Assembly (NCBI GenBank): GCA_903896925.1
Contig: CAITZM010000190.1
Location: forward strand, 14,920 to 78,919
Direction: 5' to 3'
DNA: 64,000 bases
Source: an uncultured Lentisphaerota bacterium
GTDB lineage: Bacteria; Verrucomicrobiota; Kiritimatiellia; CAIQIC01
Under the pieces are notes generated by a model that saw only the letters and a program-made list of their open reading frames with translations, ran no database searches and was not told where the DNA came from. A program made the position numbers and the translations under genes. Of this stretch, positions 43,235 through 52,205 are shown piece by piece (position 1 is the stretch's first letter; the number at the start of each line of letters is the position of its first letter).

Positions 43235-44422
43235 ATGCCCGAAAGGTCTGACACGGCTGGTAACCGCGCACCGCAAAACAAGGGAGAAGTGCAGCGTCGA
43301 TGGGCGCTCCTTGGCCGCGGGTGCGTGTTGGCCGCCGTGCTGCTGCTGGTTGGCCCCTGGATTCACGACCGGGGTTTCTTTGCTCACCTCCCTGCCTGCA
43401 GCCCCTTCGTCACGGCCTGCGGAGCGCTGGCGGCACGCTCGCTCGGCGCAGCGACCCTGCTGGCCTTGCCGGTGCTCCTCCTCATGGTGTTCGTGCGGCG
43501 CGGGTTTTGTCGCTACGTGTGTCCCACCGGCCTGCTCTTGGAACTGGTCGCGCGCCTGCGCGGCAAAAAAAGACCCCCGGTGCCGGAGAACTTTCCGCGG
43601 CTGAATGTTTGGATCGCCATGGCCACCCTCGGTGGCGCGGCGCTCGGCTATCCGCTGCTGCTCTGGCTCGATCCGCTCGCGCTGCTCAACGGCTTTCTCG
43701 GCGCCTGGCGCTGGCCGGTCGAGGCGGCGCTGCTGGTCGCCGGCTTCGGCCTCCCTCTGCTTCTGGTGCTGGAAGGGCTGCGGCCCGGCCTCTGGTGCGC
43801 GCGGCTGTGCCCGCTCGGCGCAGCGCAGGACTTGCTGGCGCAGCGGGAAACTGCGCACAGCCATGAACGGCGCGTCTTCCTCGCCACCGGCTGCGGCCTG
43901 ACCGGCGCGTTGGCGGTCAACCTGGTGCGCGGGACGAAAAACGCGCCGCTGCGCCCGCCGGGTGCGCTCGACGAGGAGAGGTTTCCCGGCGTCTGCATCC
44001 GGTGCGGCAACTGCACGCGGGTCTGTCCCGCGCGCATCATCCGGCCCGACCTGGGCGCGACGGGCCTCGCCAACCTGCTGACGCCGTCCCTGCACTTCGA
44101 CAGCGACTACTGCCGCGAAAACTGCGAGCGCTGCACGCAGGTCTGCCCGAGCGGCGCGTTGATGCGGCTGACGCACGAGGAAAAAATCAAACACCTCATC
44201 GGCGGCGCGCGGATCGACCTGGACAGCTGCCTGTTGGCCGCCGGCCAGGAATGCACCGAGTGTATCAAGTGCTGCCCGTTCGGCGCGCTCGCCATCGAAA
44301 GCAAAGACGGCGGGTTTTCCACGCAGCCCGTGCTGGATCGGCAGAAATGCAATGGCTGTGGCGCGTGCGAGGCCAACTGCCCCGTCCGTCCGCGCCGCGC
44401 GATCCGCGTCGTGCGCGCATGA
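43235..44422 (+). CDS. membrane-bound polyferredoxin, NapH/MauN-like (4 TM plus four 4Fe-4S motifs)
   Basis: Two CX3CP motifs (FCRYVCPTG, WCARLCPLG) between hydrophobic helices. Four Cys clusters: CIRCGNCTRVCP, CRENCERCTQVCP, CTECIKCCP and CNGCGACEANCP. Confidence 0.75.
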   Translation: MPERSDTAGNRAPQNKGEVQRRWALLGRGCVLAAVLLLVGPWIHDRGFFAHLPACSPFVTACGALAARSLGAATLLALPVLLLMVFVRRGFCRYVCPTGLLLELVARLRGKKRPPVPENFPRLNVWIAMATLGGAALGYPLLLWLDPLALLNGFLGAWRWPVEAALLVAGFGLPLLLVLEGLRPGLWCARLCPLGAAQDLLAQRETAHSHERRVFLATGCGLTGALAVNLVRGTKNAPLRPPGALDEERFPGVCIRCGNCTRVCPARIIRPDLGATGLANLLTPSLHFDSDYCRENCERCTQVCPSGALMRLTHEEKIKHLIGGARIDLDSCLLAAGQECTECIKCCPFGALAIESKDGGFSTQPVLDRQKCNGCGACEANCPVRPRRAIRVVRA

Positions 44423-44494
44423 CTGGGTGACGAGGTGTGAGGCGCCGGTATTTCTTTCCTCCCTGCGGGACTCTCGTATTCATTCGTCATACAC

Positions 44495-44613
44495 CCGGCG
44501 CTGAAGCGCCGGCTACTGTCGTGGCGTCCCGACGGGACGCCTGCAAAGCAACCACCAGCGCACGATGCGCTGCGTACAACATGATGAGAAATACGCACGA
44601 GGACGCGCTCGTG
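44495..44613. repeat. train of four short GC-rich hairpins (REP/BIME-like)
   Basis: CCGGCGC-tgaa-GCGCCGG; GGCGTCCC-gac-GGGACGCC; AGCGCA-cga-TGCGCT; GCACGAG-gacgcg-CTCGTG. Confidence 0.6.
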
Positions 44614-44622
44614 TGCGCAGCG

Positions 44623-44741
44623 TTTTCCAAGCGTTGGAAACGGAACCACTGTTTTTCCAGTGATTGGAAAAGTAAGCGCGAAAGTTTCAAAGGACTGGAA
44701 ATACAACAGCGGCGGCTTCCAAGGTTTGGAAACCGCCGCTG
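44623..44741. repeat. TTCCA-N-TGGAA hairpin repeat array (family A), 4 units
   Basis: Unit centres near 44632, 44662, 44692 and 44724 (spacing about 30-32 bp). The last unit is embedded in the longer stem AGCGGCGG...CCGCCGCT. Confidence 0.8.
44697..44740 (-). terminator. probable terminator of the peroxiredoxin gene
   Basis: On the minus strand: AGCGGCGGTTTCCAA-acc-TTGGAAGCCGCCGCT followed by GTTGTATTTCC, about 22 nt after the stop. The U-tract is weak. Confidence 0.45.
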
Positions 44742-44762
44742 AGGGACTGCTGCCGAAGGGCT

Positions 44763-45374
44763 TTAGCCGTTCAGCGCTTCGTAGACCTTGCCGACCATGG
44801 CGGCGCCGGGCTTGAGGGTCTTCTTGCCGGGCGTCCACTTGGCCGGGCAGGCCTCATCGCCATGCGTGGCGAGATAGACGTTGGCTTCGAGCTTGCGGAG
44901 CAGCTCGTCGCAGTTGCGGCCGACGTTGAGGAAGTTGACCTCGGACGAGACGAGCTTGCCTTCCGGGCTGATGATGAAAGTGCCGCGGAAGTCGAGGCCG
45001 GAGGCGGGATCATAAACGCCGAAGAGGCGCGAGACGGTGCCGGTCGGATCGGCGCCCATCGGATACTGCACGCCGGCGAGCAGCTTTTCGTCGCGCTGCC
45101 AGGCCATGTGGACAAACTTGGTGTCGGTGCTGACGCTGATGGCTTCGGCGCCGAGCTTCTTGATCGCGGCGTATTTTTCGCCGAGGTCGGCCAGTTCGGT
45201 GGGGCAGACGAAAGTGTAGTCGGCGGGGTAGAAGAACAGGATGGTCCATTTCTTCGCCTTCTGCTGGCCCGCCAGGCTGATCTCGCTGAAGTCTTTCACC
45301 GTCGGGTCATAGACCGCCAGCTTGAAATCGGGCACCGTCTGACCGACCTGCAACGCACATACTTGTTCGCTCAT
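44763..45374 (-). CDS. ahpC: 2-Cys peroxiredoxin (AhpC/Prx1 subfamily)
   Basis: FFYPADYTFVCPTEL peroxidatic Cys motif and C-terminal resolving Cys (EACPAKW). Confidence 0.9.
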   Translation of the reverse strand: MSEQVCALQVGQTVPDFKLAVYDPTVKDFSEISLAGQQKAKKWTILFFYPADYTFVCPTELADLGEKYAAIKKLGAEAISVSTDTKFVHMAWQRDEKLLAGVQYPMGADPTGTVSRLFGVYDPASGLDFRGTFIISPEGKLVSSEVNFLNVGRNCDELLRKLEANVYLATHGDEACPAKWTPGKKTLKPGAAMVGKVYEALNG

Positions 45375-45415
45375 AATTCTTGCTCCCTTGGGTTATTGCC
45401 TTATTTAGGCCGCAG

Positions 45416-45443
45416 AAACTACGACAGGCCGAACTGATGTCAA
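45416..45443 (-). promoter_or_regulatory. candidate sigma-70-type promoter for ahpC
   Basis: On the minus strand: TTGACA, 16 nt, TAGTTT, about 40 nt upstream of the ATG. GGGAG lies 9 nt before the start. Promoter rules for this phylum are not well established. Confidence 0.3.
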
Positions 45444-45475
45444 GTCGGACGCCGTTTTTTCCGGAACGCGGGCAC

Positions 45476-46594
45476 TCAGCCCAGATGGCCGCCGACCAGA
45501 TGACCGAGCAGGTAGGTGACCCCCGCCGCGGCGAGACCGATGAGGACCTGGCGCAACCCTGACCAGAGGGCGGAGCGGCCGGTCATCAGCGTGATGGCCG
45601 CGCCAATGGTGAACAGGCCGGCGGCGCTGGCCACCGCGCTCCAGATGACACCCGCGCGGCCGCTGGTGAAGAAAAACGGCAAGAGGGGGAGGACCGCGCC
45701 GAAAGCGAAGAGCAGGAACGAGGTGCCGGCCGCCTCCCACGCGGACCCGCCGAGTTCATCGGGGTCAATGCCCAGCTCTTCGCGGGCCAAGGTGTCCAGG
45801 GCGTGGTCCTTGTCGGAGAGCAGCCGCTCGGCGAGTTTCCGCGCCTCGTCGGGAGGCAGGCCTTTGGCCTGGTAGATGAGGGCCAGTTCTTCCTGCTCCT
45901 CCTCCGGCGCCTCGGCGAGTTCGTCCGCCTCGATCTTGATCTGGTGCGTGTACAGTTCTCGGGCGCTCTGCACGCTCAGCCATTCGCCCAGCGCCATCGA
46001 GCACGCACCGGCGACCAACCCGGCCAAGCCCGTGACGATCAACGTGCCGCCGGACGCCTGGGCCCCGGCTACGCCCATGATGAGGCTGAAATTGGAGAGC
46101 AACCCGTCGTTCGCCCCGAGCACGGCCGCGCGCAGCGCATTGCCGCCAGCCTTGTGCCGTCCCTCGAGCTTCGCGACATCGCCACCGCTCAGCTGCGCAC
46201 CCGCGGCGAGCGCGCGGAACATGCGGGCATGCCCCCGCTCGTCGCGCGCCATCTCCTGCGCGGCGCGATCGGGGTCGCCGGCGTATTCGCTGCCGGCATC
46301 GCGCTCGACGGCGGCAAGCGTGGGCAACACGAGGGCGGGACCCCAGCGGCGTGCGAGCCAGGCCAGCACCCACGTGCGCCAGTTCAGGCGGACGGACGGC
46401 ACCGCTGCGCCGGCCTCACGGAGACGCTGCTCCCAATGCGCGGCATGGCGCCGCTCGGTATCGGCAAGTTTGGTGTAGAGCTTGGCGGCGGGTGCCTGCG
46501 GATCGGCCTCGGCCATCTCCTGATAGAGCGCGGCGGCGTTGCGTTCGGCCGTCAGGCTCTGGCGCCAGCGTTTATGATCAGCGTGTACAGTCAT
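45476..46594 (-). CDS. VIT1/CCC1 family iron transporter with N-terminal ferritin-like (erythrin) domain, MbfA-like
   Basis: ExxH pairs (TERRHAAHWE, DERGHARMF), then LRAAVLGANDGLLSNFSLIMGVAG and 5 TM helices. Confidence 0.8.
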   Translation of the reverse strand: MTVHADHKRWRQSLTAERNAAALYQEMAEADPQAPAAKLYTKLADTERRHAAHWEQRLREAGAAVPSVRLNWRTWVLAWLARRWGPALVLPTLAAVERDAGSEYAGDPDRAAQEMARDERGHARMFRALAAGAQLSGGDVAKLEGRHKAGGNALRAAVLGANDGLLSNFSLIMGVAGAQASGGTLIVTGLAGLVAGACSMALGEWLSVQSARELYTHQIKIEADELAEAPEEEQEELALIYQAKGLPPDEARKLAERLLSDKDHALDTLAREELGIDPDELGGSAWEAAGTSFLLFAFGAVLPLLPFFFTSGRAGVIWSAVASAAGLFTIGAAITLMTGRSALWSGLRQVLIGLAAAGVTYLLGHLVGGHLG

Positions 46595-46646
46595 TTTGCT
46601 ATCGCAAGTGCACCACTCAAGGGGAAGTTTGCGGAGCGCTCCGTTA

Positions 46647-47813
46647 TCAGCGCCGGTTCTTGAGCATGGCCTGAACCTGCTGCAACCGCTGTAATTCGAA
46701 ACCCGGATCCATCAGCAGATCAGTTCCGCTGGACTTGCGGGACTTGGAGGACATCCGGGGAACGGTCACCTGACGCTCCAGCAGGGCAAACAACTTTTGG
46801 CTGCGCACCGAGGCAAACCCGGGATCTTGGAACCAAGGGGCCACCTTGGGAGCGCCGACGTTGTAGATGGCTTGGATCATGGTGGACACCGCCTGCTCCA
46901 CCAGGGTCTGCTGGGCAAAGCAGACGGCCAGTTGGCGGTAGGCGTCGGCCTCATCGGGTTTTTTCTTGAGGATGGCCTCATAGAGGGCGCAAGCCTTGCC
47001 ATAGTCCTTGAGTTCGAGCAACACGTCCGCGTATTGCTTTTGCGCGCTGATGTTGGCCGGCTCCGCCGTCGCCCATTTGCGAAAATGCACGAGCGCCAAA
47101 TCCAGACGTTTCGACTTGAGGGCGGCGATGCCCGCGATCCTGTGCGCCTCGATGCAGTCCGGGTCGGACTCCATGATCCAATTGGCCAAGGCCAGCGCCT
47201 GCTCCTGCTGGTCCGTGCGGGAAAAGACGGTGGCCAGCATTTGGATGGCAGGTTTGCGTTGCGAATCCACCGTCAACAGCCGTTGCAGCAGCTCTCTGGC
47301 ACGCTCATCGGAGCCCTGCTGGAAGGCCAGTTGCGCGGCCTCAAACAAGGCTTCGGCGTGATAGGGGTTCGCAGCAAGAATCTGCTGGAACAGGTCGCGG
47401 GCCATGTCCTGGCGCCCCTTTTGCACCCAAAGGTGGGCCTCATGCAGTTTTTCGCCGGCATCCTTCCATTGCTGGATGGCCAGCCGCACGGTTTTCGGAT
47501 CGTACCCTTTCGTCCCCGGCGCCACGGCGTGCTGATTCGTGACCGCATTGGCTGGGACCTCCAGCCGTCCGCTCCGCTCCGCGGAGTTGCGCATCAGAAT
47601 CATCGCAATGAAGACAGCGAGACCCGCACCGTATACCAGCGCCATCACCACCATGATGCGCCGCACCCAGGTCCGCCGCTTGCGCATGCCCTTGAGTTGC
47701 TTGAGCAACTCGCCGCCAAAGATGGAAGTCTCCACCTTCTCGTGCTCGATCTCGTCAGCCAGCGAAGGCCGGGCCTCGCGGTGAGTATACAAATTCCCCG
47801 AAACGTCTTTCAT
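46647..47813 (-). CDS. membrane-anchored TPR-repeat protein
   Basis: Single TM (IMVVMALVYGAGLAVFIAMILM), then repeated A/L/Y-rich 34-aa TPR-like units. Confidence 0.7.
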   Translation of the reverse strand: MKDVSGNLYTHREARPSLADEIEHEKVETSIFGGELLKQLKGMRKRRTWVRRIMVVMALVYGAGLAVFIAMILMRNSAERSGRLEVPANAVTNQHAVAPGTKGYDPKTVRLAIQQWKDAGEKLHEAHLWVQKGRQDMARDLFQQILAANPYHAEALFEAAQLAFQQGSDERARELLQRLLTVDSQRKPAIQMLATVFSRTDQQEQALALANWIMESDPDCIEAHRIAGIAALKSKRLDLALVHFRKWATAEPANISAQKQYADVLLELKDYGKACALYEAILKKKPDEADAYRQLAVCFAQQTLVEQAVSTMIQAIYNVGAPKVAPWFQDPGFASVRSQKLFALLERQVTVPRMSSKSRKSSGTDLLMDPGFELQRLQQVQAMLKNRR

Positions 47814-47863
47814 GGTCGCTCAAATCACAGGAAGAGCACACGGTTCCAACCCACGCCGCCCCA

Positions 47864-48145
47864 TCAGCGGCGGAGGGTCTGATCCTTAACTTCGACCACA
47901 CCCGGAGTGCTCTGCACGATGCTCTTGGCACGCGCCCGAAGCCCTTCATCCGTGATCGCACCACGCAACGTGGCCACGCCATTCTTAATGGTGACGCCCA
48001 GCACCTGCCGGCTGACCAGCTTATCCTGATACAACCGCTCAATCACGGATTGCGTCAGGCTCTGATCCTCCGTGGCCGGCTGCAGGGTATCGCACCCCGC
48101 CAACAGTGCCACGCCCATCGCACAACCCAATATAATCTTTTTCAT
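47864..48145 (-). CDS. BON-domain lipoprotein
   Basis: MKKIILGCAMGVALLAGC lipobox, then a BON pattern (VTIKNGVATLRGAITDEGLRARAKSIVQSTPGVVEV). GGAGGGAG SD before the ATG at 48145. Confidence 0.75.
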   Translation of the reverse strand: MKKIILGCAMGVALLAGCDTLQPATEDQSLTQSVIERLYQDKLVSRQVLGVTIKNGVATLRGAITDEGLRARAKSIVQSTPGVVEVKDQTLRR

Positions 48146-48200
48146 AGCTTTTCTCCCTCCTATTATAACATATCCGCCGCCCGTTCCAACTCGAATCGCC

Positions 48201-50042
48201 TTACTCCACCGTGACGCTCTTGGCCAGGTTGCGAGGTTTGTCGATATCCGTGCCGCGCGCCTGGGCCGCATAATAGGCAAGCAATTGCAGTGCCACCACG
48301 TTGACCAGCGGCGAAAACTCGTCGCGGCCCGGCGGGACCCAGATGATATCCTCGGTCAGCTGCGGCATCCCGACATCGCCATCGGTCGCCAGCGCGATGA
48401 TGCGGCCGTGGCGCGCTTCGACCTCTTTCATGTTGGAAACCATCTTGGCGTAGACCTCGTCACGCGTCTGGGTACAAATGCAGATGACGGGCAGATATTC
48501 ATTGATGAGCGCGATCGGCCCGTGCTTCATCTCGCCGGCCGCGTAGCCCTCGGCATGCTGGTAGGAGATTTCCTTGTTCTTCAGCGCCCCCTCCAGGGCC
48601 GTCGGATAATTGAAACGCCGGCCGAGATAGAGCGAACTGGGGCCGTCATGGTGCTTGTCGGCCAGCTTGCGGATGTCGGCGCTGCGGTCGAGCATATAAT
48701 GGATGGCGTCGGGCACGGTCCGCAGGGCGACCAGCAGTTCCTGCGCCTGGGCCTCGCCCACCTCGTTGCGCGCCCGGCCGATGAACACGGACAGCAGCGC
48801 GAACGCCATGAGCTGCGCGGTGAACGACTTGGTCGCCGCCACGCCAATCTCCGGCCCCGCCTCGGTGAAGAACACCGCGTCGCTCTCCCGCGCCACGGTG
48901 CTGCCCGGGACGTTGCAGATCGACAACACCTTGCAGCCCCAGGTTTTGGCCATGCGGATCGAGGCCAGCGTATCGGCCGTCTCGCCCGACTGCGACACCG
49001 CCACCACCAGTGTACCGGGGTCGATCTTGGGGTCGCGGTACCGGAATTCGCTGGCGAGGTCCGTCTCCACAGCCAGGCTCGTCAAATGCTCCATGAGCAG
49101 TTTGCCGTACATGCCGGCGTGGTAGGCCGAGCCGCACGCCACCACCATCACGCGGTTGAGCTTGCGGAAATAGGGTGCCCCCAGCGCCAGGTCCGGCATC
49201 GCCACCGTCCCGTTCTGCCATTCATGCCGCGCCAGCAGGTGCCGGAGGATGCGCGGCTGCTCGTGGATTTCCTTGAGCATGAACGTTTCGAAACCCGCCC
49301 GCTCCACCGCCTCGGCCGCAATCGTCACCGCCTGGATCATGGCCTCCACGGGCGTGCCGTCGAGCCGGCTGATGGCGACGCTGTCCGCGCGCAGGACCAC
49401 CACCTCGCCGTCGTTCAAGTAGATGACCCGGCGGACCTGATCCACGATCGCCGGCACATCGCTGGCGATGAAATGTTCACCCGGCCCCACCCCGACGATC
49501 AGCGGGCTGCCGCAGCGCGCCGCATACATCGTGCCCGGCTGATCGTGGAACAAGATACCCAGCGCATAGGCGCCCTTCGCCCGGCGCAGCGCACGACGGA
49601 TGGCCTCCTCCGGCGACGGCGCACCCGCCGCCAGTTCCGCTTCGATCAGGTGCGGGATCACTTCCGTATCGGTCTGCGACCGGAAGGTGTGGCCTTGCTG
49701 CTGCAGCTCGGCGCGCAATTCCTGGTAGTTCTCGATGATGCCGTTGTGCACCACGGCAATGCGGCCGTGGCAGTCGGTGTGCGGGTGCGAATTGACCTCG
49801 TTCGGCTCGCCGTGCGTCGCCCAGCGCGTATGGCCGATACCCAGCGTGCCGGCGATCGGCTGCGCCAGGAGCGACTGCTCCAGCACGCTCAGCCGCCCTA
49901 CGCACTTGCGGATGACCAGCGCCTCCGGCTGCCACACCGCCACGCCGGCCGAGTCATAGCCGCGGTATTCCAACCGCTTCAGCCCGTTGATCAATAGCGG
50001 CGTTGCAACCCGGCCACCCACATAGCCCACGATTCCACACAT
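48201..50042 (-). CDS. glmS: glutamine--fructose-6-phosphate aminotransferase
   Basis: MCGIVGYVG N-terminal nucleophile, two SIS domains, C-terminal ...LAKSVTVE. Confidence 0.97.
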   Translation of the reverse strand: MCGIVGYVGGRVATPLLINGLKRLEYRGYDSAGVAVWQPEALVIRKCVGRLSVLEQSLLAQPIAGTLGIGHTRWATHGEPNEVNSHPHTDCHGRIAVVHNGIIENYQELRAELQQQGHTFRSQTDTEVIPHLIEAELAAGAPSPEEAIRRALRRAKGAYALGILFHDQPGTMYAARCGSPLIVGVGPGEHFIASDVPAIVDQVRRVIYLNDGEVVVLRADSVAISRLDGTPVEAMIQAVTIAAEAVERAGFETFMLKEIHEQPRILRHLLARHEWQNGTVAMPDLALGAPYFRKLNRVMVVACGSAYHAGMYGKLLMEHLTSLAVETDLASEFRYRDPKIDPGTLVVAVSQSGETADTLASIRMAKTWGCKVLSICNVPGSTVARESDAVFFTEAGPEIGVAATKSFTAQLMAFALLSVFIGRARNEVGEAQAQELLVALRTVPDAIHYMLDRSADIRKLADKHHDGPSSLYLGRRFNYPTALEGALKNKEISYQHAEGYAAGEMKHGPIALINEYLPVICICTQTRDEVYAKMVSNMKEVEARHGRIIALATDGDVGMPQLTEDIIWVPPGRDEFSPLVNVVALQLLAYYAAQARGTDIDKPRNLAKSVTVE

Positions 50043-50146
50043 AACCCCGTCTCCGTTTCTCCGCCCGTTAACTTACCTGCCATCAACGACAAAGCGCCCT
50101 TCCAGCTTTACACCAGAAGAGCGCCTGCCGCTGACACAGAAGCTGC

Positions 50147-50827
50147 TTACTTGGCCAGTAAAACCTTGTTGGTCGCCTGCGATGTGCCGATCGCCGTACA
50201 GAAATTGCTGTCGAGCTGGTCGGGCTTGTACTTGATCGCCGCCCCGCCCTTGTACACGGTGATCACGCCCTTGTCGGCATACGGAGCGGGGTTCCCCTGC
50301 GCATCCTTGGCCGCCAGTTTCGAGGAGGGTTTGCCGGCGGGCAGACCATCATTGATTGTGATCATTTTGAGGTTCTTGGTCCACAAGAACGGGATCTGGT
50401 CCGGATCCGAGTCGGTGAGATCAGCCAAAGCGTTCCAGCCATTGGCCACGCCTTTGGTAGCCATGAAACCGGCGGCATTGGTGCCCTTGAAGATATAATT
50501 GGCTATGCCGAAAAACGAATAGTCCACCTTCAGCGTGCCGCTGCCCACCAGATTGGTGAAAAACCCGCTGCAGCCCGATGCCGTATACGTGTTGTAATCC
50601 GGCCAGCCGGCGGAGGTGCTGGCCACGACGGCGCTGTCCAGATTCTTGGAAAAGGCTGCCGTGAAAATCTGTTTGCCGTTGGACAGCGTACCCGTCATCT
50701 TGCCGTTCATGAGTGCATCGCTGACCGCCGGAACCAGCACAGCTGCCAAGATCGCGATGATCGAAATAACCACCAGCAGCTCGATCAGGGTAAATCCACT
50801 CTTCAACCGCAAGAATAACTTCTTCAT
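50147..50827 (-). CDS. prepilin-type N-terminal cleavage/methylation domain protein (type II secretion/pseudopilin-like)
   Basis: KSGFTLIELLVVISIIAILAAVLVP motif. Start at MKKLFL. An alternative ATG lies 18 nt upstream. Confidence 0.8.
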   Translation of the reverse strand: MKKLFLRLKSGFTLIELLVVISIIAILAAVLVPAVSDALMNGKMTGTLSNGKQIFTAAFSKNLDSAVVASTSAGWPDYNTYTASGCSGFFTNLVGSGTLKVDYSFFGIANYIFKGTNAAGFMATKGVANGWNALADLTDSDPDQIPFLWTKNLKMITINDGLPAGKPSSKLAAKDAQGNPAPYADKGVITVYKGGAAIKYKPDQLDSNFCTAIGTSQATNKVLLAK

Positions 50828-50925
50828 ATTTTCATCCTTCATCATGGTTTTCGACCGGACGACGCAGCGAACCATACTCCCCACCATTTACGCCGTCAAC
50901 ATTTTGTATTAGTGTCTCCCCACCC

Positions 50926-52056
50926 ATGCTGACCAACGAATTCAACTATGAGCTGCCACCGGAACTGATCGCGCAGGAACCCGCGGCGCAGCGCGATTCG
51001 GCGCGTCTGCTCGTCGTCCGTCGCGCCACCGGCGCCCTCGAGCATCGCCGCTTCGCCGACCTGCCGGACCTGCTGGCGCCCGGCGACCTGCTCGTGCTGA
51101 ACGACACGCGCGTCCTGTCCGCGCGGCTGTTGGGCCACAAACCATCCGGAGGCAAGATCGAACTGCTTCTGTTGGAAGAGTGTGACGACGGCACCTGGGA
51201 GGCGCTGCTCCGCACGGGCTCCAAGCGCCCCCCGCTCGGGACCACGCTCGACCTGGCCGGCGGCGCACGCGCCACCCTGCTCACCGCCGGCGAAAAGGGC
51301 CGGGTCACCGTCCGCTTTGCCAGCCCGCTGCCGGTCCTGGACCTGCTCGAACAATACGGCCTGCCGCCCCTGCCGCCATATATCAAAAGGGACAAGGGCG
51401 GGGGGCAGCAGCGTGCCGAACACACATCGCCCGACACGCGACCCCCGTCCCTCGCGCCTTCCACCCCGCTCCCTCTTCCCTCCACCATGCCCGCCGACTC
51501 CGCCGACCGCGAGCGCTACCAGACGGTCTACGCCCGCACGGCCGGGGCCATCGCGGCGCCAACCGCCGGGCTGCATTTCACGCCCGAACTGTTCCAGACC
51601 CTGGCGGGGCGCGGCATCGGCCGCGCCTTCGTCACCCTGCATGTCGGCCTTGGCACATTCCGGCCGGTGACGGCCGAGCGCGCCGAGGACCACCGGATGG
51701 AGGCCGAGCGCTACACCCTGCCCCCGGAAACCGCCACCCAGCTGGCGGCCACACGCCGGGCCGGCGGCCGCATCATCGCCGTCGGCAGCACCAGCACCCG
51801 CACCCTGGAGACCATCGCCGCCGCGCACGACGGCGCCCTCTGTGCCTCCAGCGGCCGCACCGCCCTGTATATCCTGCCGCCCTACCGCTTCCGCGCCGTC
51901 GATGCGCTCATCACCAATTTTCACCTGCCGATGTCCACCCTGCTGATGCTGGTCTCCGCCTTCGCCGGCACCGAGTTGATCCGCCGCGCCTACGCCGAGG
52001 CCATCCGCGAGCGCTACCGCTTCTTCAGCTACGGCGACGCGATGTTGATTCTCTAA
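50926..52056 (+). CDS. queA: S-adenosylmethionine:tRNA ribosyltransferase-isomerase, with low-complexity insertion
   Basis: FNYELPPELIAQEP, LPPYIKR, DRERYQTVYA, AAPTAGLHFT, SYGDAMLI. Confidence 0.93.
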   Translation: MLTNEFNYELPPELIAQEPAAQRDSARLLVVRRATGALEHRRFADLPDLLAPGDLLVLNDTRVLSARLLGHKPSGGKIELLLLEECDDGTWEALLRTGSKRPPLGTTLDLAGGARATLLTAGEKGRVTVRFASPLPVLDLLEQYGLPPLPPYIKRDKGGGQQRAEHTSPDTRPPSLAPSTPLPLPSTMPADSADRERYQTVYARTAGAIAAPTAGLHFTPELFQTLAGRGIGRAFVTLHVGLGTFRPVTAERAEDHRMEAERYTLPPETATQLAATRRAGGRIIAVGSTSTRTLETIAAAHDGALCASSGRTALYILPPYRFRAVDALITNFHLPMSTLLMLVSAFAGTELIRRAYAEAIRERYRFFSYGDAMLIL

Positions 52057-52126
52057 CGTCCCCCCGGGTCCATTGACTGCAGCCGCCGGGCAAACCCATC
52101 CAGTCCACCGCTGACGAAGCACCTCG

Positions 52127-52150
52127 TCGCACAGTTGTACAACTGTGCGA
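52127..52150. promoter_or_regulatory. 24-bp perfect palindrome TCGCACAGTTGT|ACAACTGTGCGA (candidate operator/UAS)
   Basis: Exact reverse-complement symmetry. The 18-bp core CACAGTTGTACAACTGTG recurs at 63278-63295. Confidence 0.5.
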
Positions 52151-52189
52151 TCAGGCTGCAAATGTCCAGAGAGAGCGACGCCTTTCCAT

Positions 52190-52205
52190 CGGCACGCAGT
52201 CTGCA
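52190..52205 (+). promoter_or_regulatory. sigma-54-like -24/-12 match (cGGCACG-N4-cTGCA)
   Basis: GG-N10-GC spacing with flanks GGCACG and TGCA. No annotated gene lies downstream. Confidence 0.25.
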
